Assembly (NCBI RefSeq): GCF_021028975.2
Contig: NC_059438.1
Location: forward strand, 1,984,001 to 2,048,000
Direction of reading: 5' to 3'
DNA from: Sphaerodactylus townsendi
Taxonomy: Eukaryota
DNA length: 64,000 nucleotides
The notes under the pieces were generated by a model. That model worked only from the letters and a program-made list of their open reading frames with translations. It had not been told where the DNA came from and ran no database searches. Made by a program: the position numbers and the translations under genes. The first letter of the stretch is position 1; each line of letters opens with the position of its first letter. This document shows positions 60,884 to 64,000 of this stretch, piece after piece.

Positions 60884-61175
60884 CTTGGCATGATCTTGTC
60901 AGATCTATGAAACTGAGGCTCATTCCGCACATGCAGAATAATGCACTTTCAAAGTGCTTTCAGTGCTCTTTGAAGCTGTGCGGAATGGCAAAATTCACTT
61001 GCAAACAGTTGTGAAAGTGGTTTGAAAATGCATTATTTTGCGTGTGCGGAAGGGGCCTGAACATGGTCAGCCACAGTCAGTACTTGGATGGGAGACCACC
61101 AAGCCTGGGACTGCTATGCAGAAGAAGCCAATGGATAACCACCTCTGCTCATTTCTTGCCTTGAAAAACCTGCAA
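60884..61175 (+). mobile_element. 5S rRNA-derived SINE interrupted at box A by MITE A
   Basis: gatcttgtcagatctatgaaactga[MITE]tgaacatggtc...cagtacttggatgggagaccacc...aaccacctctgctcatttcttgccttgaaaa. Confidence 0.75.
60917..61057 (+). mobile_element. PIF/Harbinger-type MITE, family A (141 bp)
   Basis: ggctcattccgcacatgcag...gtgtgcggaaggggcc; TSD TGA/TGA. Confidence 0.9.
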
Positions 61176-62214
61176 TCCTTGAAAAACTCGTGGCAGGAAT
61201 GTGTCAGCACACAATTATTACATTTGTTTATGTAGTTCATGATGGCTTCTTCACTTTTCACTGCTGGGTTTCCTAGATTTATTTCCATAGCATATATGTA
61301 CATAGTACGTATTATTATGCACAATTTACATATTATATGTACATATACAGTGTATGTTATTTATAGATTACATGTATGTCAATAAGGCTGAAAATGTGTC
61401 CATTTAATGAGGGAAATAGTTGGAAGGAAGCGGAAAATTGCATGAAAAAAAAAGAATCCCAAGATCAAGTTGCATATGGGAAAAGTGAGAGCAGAATTGT
61501 GAATTGGAATCAAAAGTAGTAAGGGAGGACACATTCAAAATCACCCTGAACTTGGGCAACTTTCAGCAACAACCTAAAACTTTACAAAACTCCTTGGAAG
61601 ATTTTTTACTGTTCTCATCTGGACTCTTTTTTTTCCTTATCTTGAAATTACACAAATGTATTCAGGCAATTCCAAATTCTGTTTCAGTTTCGCTTCGCCT
61701 GAAGCACTGAACTTGAACATAAGCCAGTTTCAAGCAAGGGACGCTCCCTGTGATATGGACTGGCTGTGGAGAAACCCCACTGCAATTTCTGTGGCTGCTT
61801 AAAAGATGGAAACGACTGTTGGTGGCTTCCACAGTCACACAGAGCATTTTCCAGTCCTCTCAATTGTATGAACTGCATCTTCATAAGATAAGGAGCCCAA
61901 TCTAAAGGCGGGGTAAAGGGGTGGCCAGGGATGGTGCCACAGTACCACCTCCAAAGAGGCAATCAGTGGTTCCAAGGGAGAAGGAGAAAACCTTTTTATC
62001 TCCCAAGGAATCCTATTACCAGGAATGACTTAAGTCACCCTTTTTGGTGATGTAAGTCTGTGCCACAAAAAGGGGGCATCCCTGGCCTGAAATTGCACTG
62101 GGAGTTGACTAGTTGGCTCCAATCCTGGGAACGTCACCACATCACCTCCAACCACACTGGCATAGGATCCTGATGTGGAGGGGTGTCAGCACACATGGTA
62201 TCTTTCTGAAGATT

Positions 62215-62358
62215 CGTGGTGGAGCACCTTATTCCAGATGCTGGACTGGTTGGCCTTCTATCAAGTCTCCCGCCAGCATGGCCAATTGACCATGCTGGCG
62301 GGGGCTGATGGGAATTGTAGTCCATAACATCTGGAGTGCCAAAGGTTCACCACCACTG
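62215..62358. mobile_element. hAT fold-back MITE (relative of 43649), left arm corrupted
   Basis: cccgccagcatggccaattgaccatgctggcggg centre; gggctgatgggaattgtagtccataacatctggagtgccaaaggttcaccaccactg right arm. Confidence 0.7.
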
Positions 62359-63673
62359 TTCTAGGTTCAACTCCTGCACAGTTATGCAGTGCCCTATCAC
62401 CACAAAATAGCTCCCTCCCCACCAGTGTACTTGCCACACAGCACCTGTGTTGATACAACCTCATGCCATTTCCAAAGCTCAATTCCCACCACCCCAATTT
62501 CAGTGGTACTCTTAGAGAAGTGATGAAATCTCTGACAGTGACTGCTGGATGTGCTCTTATATCAGAGCAAGAAGGACTGGAAGGGATGAACCCGGAGTCA
62601 AGAGTCAGCAAATGCCATTGTAAAAGCTTATTATTGCATGCCCTTTGAAGTGTACAAATCTTTGTTGTTGTGTGTCATAATGAAAAACAGACACATGATA
62701 CACAATGTGCCAAAATTAAGTGATTTATCATGGAGCAGAGAATGAGTTTCAGAACTCTTTGTAGAGGCGATTCTCCAGAACCTCTGAGCATCTAGACCAC
62801 ACTGGTTAGTCAACCCCTCCCCGACTTCAAATACATTTTCTTTCCTTTGCCCTTTGCTCTAGGTTGTCACTAACTGTCAAGAGTACGCTGACCCACCCAC
62901 TTGGCTTTTGTGACTCCCAGTGGGGTCCTGACCTGCCACTCGAGACTCGCAGACCTAAAGGAGGAAAACCCATTAACTCTGCTGAGCCACTGAATGCCCC
63001 TGACAGCCATTTTCTTTAATGCACATTTTCCTAAGTAAATGGAAAAACTATCAGAGTGACAAAAAGGGAGTCCCTGGAGAGGGTAGCAGCACTAAAGATG
63101 GGGGAATCGTACACAACTGCTCCAAAGCAGCACTTTCAATGGCATTCAGGTAGGAGAAAAGAAGAGACATCTTTCAGATTATAAGAAACCGGTCCTTTCC
63201 CTGTCTGATGCAAAGCTGTCAACTTCAATCACAATATTATTTATCTGGGAGTAGGAGGAAGGGTTTCAATGACACAATATTTATAGTGATGGAGAAGAGA
63301 GTCACATTTATTCCTCATTATCGCTTACTATGTTGGTCATTTCAGTTTTACTGTATAATGCCAAGAGGTTCCAAGTTGCACAGATAACACATGCAGCAAT
63401 TTATGGTGTTGTTTCTGTTGTATCTGTTTCATGTGCAGGGTGAGGAAAGAAGAGAAAATACATGTTGGAATGTCCCTCTTCCCAATATATTAAAAATCTA
63501 CCTGCAACACAAATTGAGCATGTCTATGAAGTTTATGGTTTATTAAAATAGCATTCATGGCATTTACATCTGTTGGCCTCTTCTGACTGGGCCATTTAGA
63601 GATCTATGCTCCATACTGCTAACATGAGTACTAAAAATTGTTCACCGCTGGCAGAAAGATTTTCCCTTTTAGT

Positions 63674-63920
63674 GAGAGAGCCAATGTGATGTAGTGGTTA
63701 AGAGAAGTGGACTCGAATCTGGAGAACCGGGTTTGATTCCCCACTCCTTCAAATGAAACCTGTTGGGTTCCCTTGGGCCAGTTACAGTTTTCTCTGAACT
63801 CTCTCAGCCTGACCTACCTTACAAGGTATCTGTTGTAGGGAAAGAAAGGGAAAGGAGTCTGTAAGTTGCTTTGAGAGAGAAAAGATGGGTTATAAAACCA
63901 AACTCTTCTCTTCCTCTTCT
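63674..63920 (+). mobile_element. Full-length Squam3-like CORE SINE (single B box)
   Basis: gagagccaatgtgatgtagtggttaagag...ggtttgattccccact...ccttgggccagttac...cctaccttacaaggtatctgttgtaggg...ttataaaaccaaactcttctcttcc. Confidence 0.85.
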
Positions 63921-64000
63921 AGTTGGTTGATAGTAATATGGGGTGGGGGGGATTTTATTGCTAAGGCACCACTGCTAGATAGTTTTAAGATGAATTAGGC

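Noticed and set aside
63674-63750. tRNA gene
   Set aside because: A/B-box-like motifs continue directly into the CORE-SINE body; no cloverleaf.
1-64000. ORF-track entries as protein-coding genes (e.g. 10080-10631, 17016-17654, 17647-18222, 26751-27386, 57761-58384)
   Set aside because: No recognisable domains. The long ORFs overlap GC-rich MITEs, microsatellites or N gaps, or use non-ATG starts irrelevant to a vertebrate.

Overview
Vertebrate nuclear DNA, very probably from a squamate reptile and most likely a gecko (inferred from Squam3-type CORE SINEs, 5S-derived SINEs, squamate-type L2, RTE/BovB and Penelope remnants). The window looks like a large intron or gene desert. I can support no host protein-coding gene, and the ORF track is essentially noise. 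The recognisable coding remnants are a 5'-truncated, heavily frameshifted L2 LINE (~45.7-48.5 kb) and short RTE/BovB and L1/Tx1 3' fragments. Transposable elements, many of them nested, dominate the recognisable content: (i) about 18 non-autonomous elements with GGC/GGG terminal inverted repeats and 3-bp TSDs (PIF/Harbinger-type MITEs) in five internally unrelated families; (ii) hAT MITEs, including a clear SPIN element whose interior is a MIR/CORE-like filler; (iii) a ~1 kb non-autonomous Helitron; (iv) four Penelope-like pLTR remnants, each carrying a minimal hammerhead-ribozyme motif mutated at a different core position; (v) a clean solo LTR with a 4-bp TSD and a DIRS/Ngaro-like promoter-bearing insertion; (vi) many SINEs and microsatellites. 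Repeat-free stretches rich in homeodomain/TALE/POU motifs are candidate conserved enhancers. There are three N gaps. Several CpG-rich young repeats are full of small indels, which suggests consensus error rather than biology. TE family names come from recall of consensus sequences, not from a database search. Boundaries are exact where a TSD is quoted and approximate otherwise.
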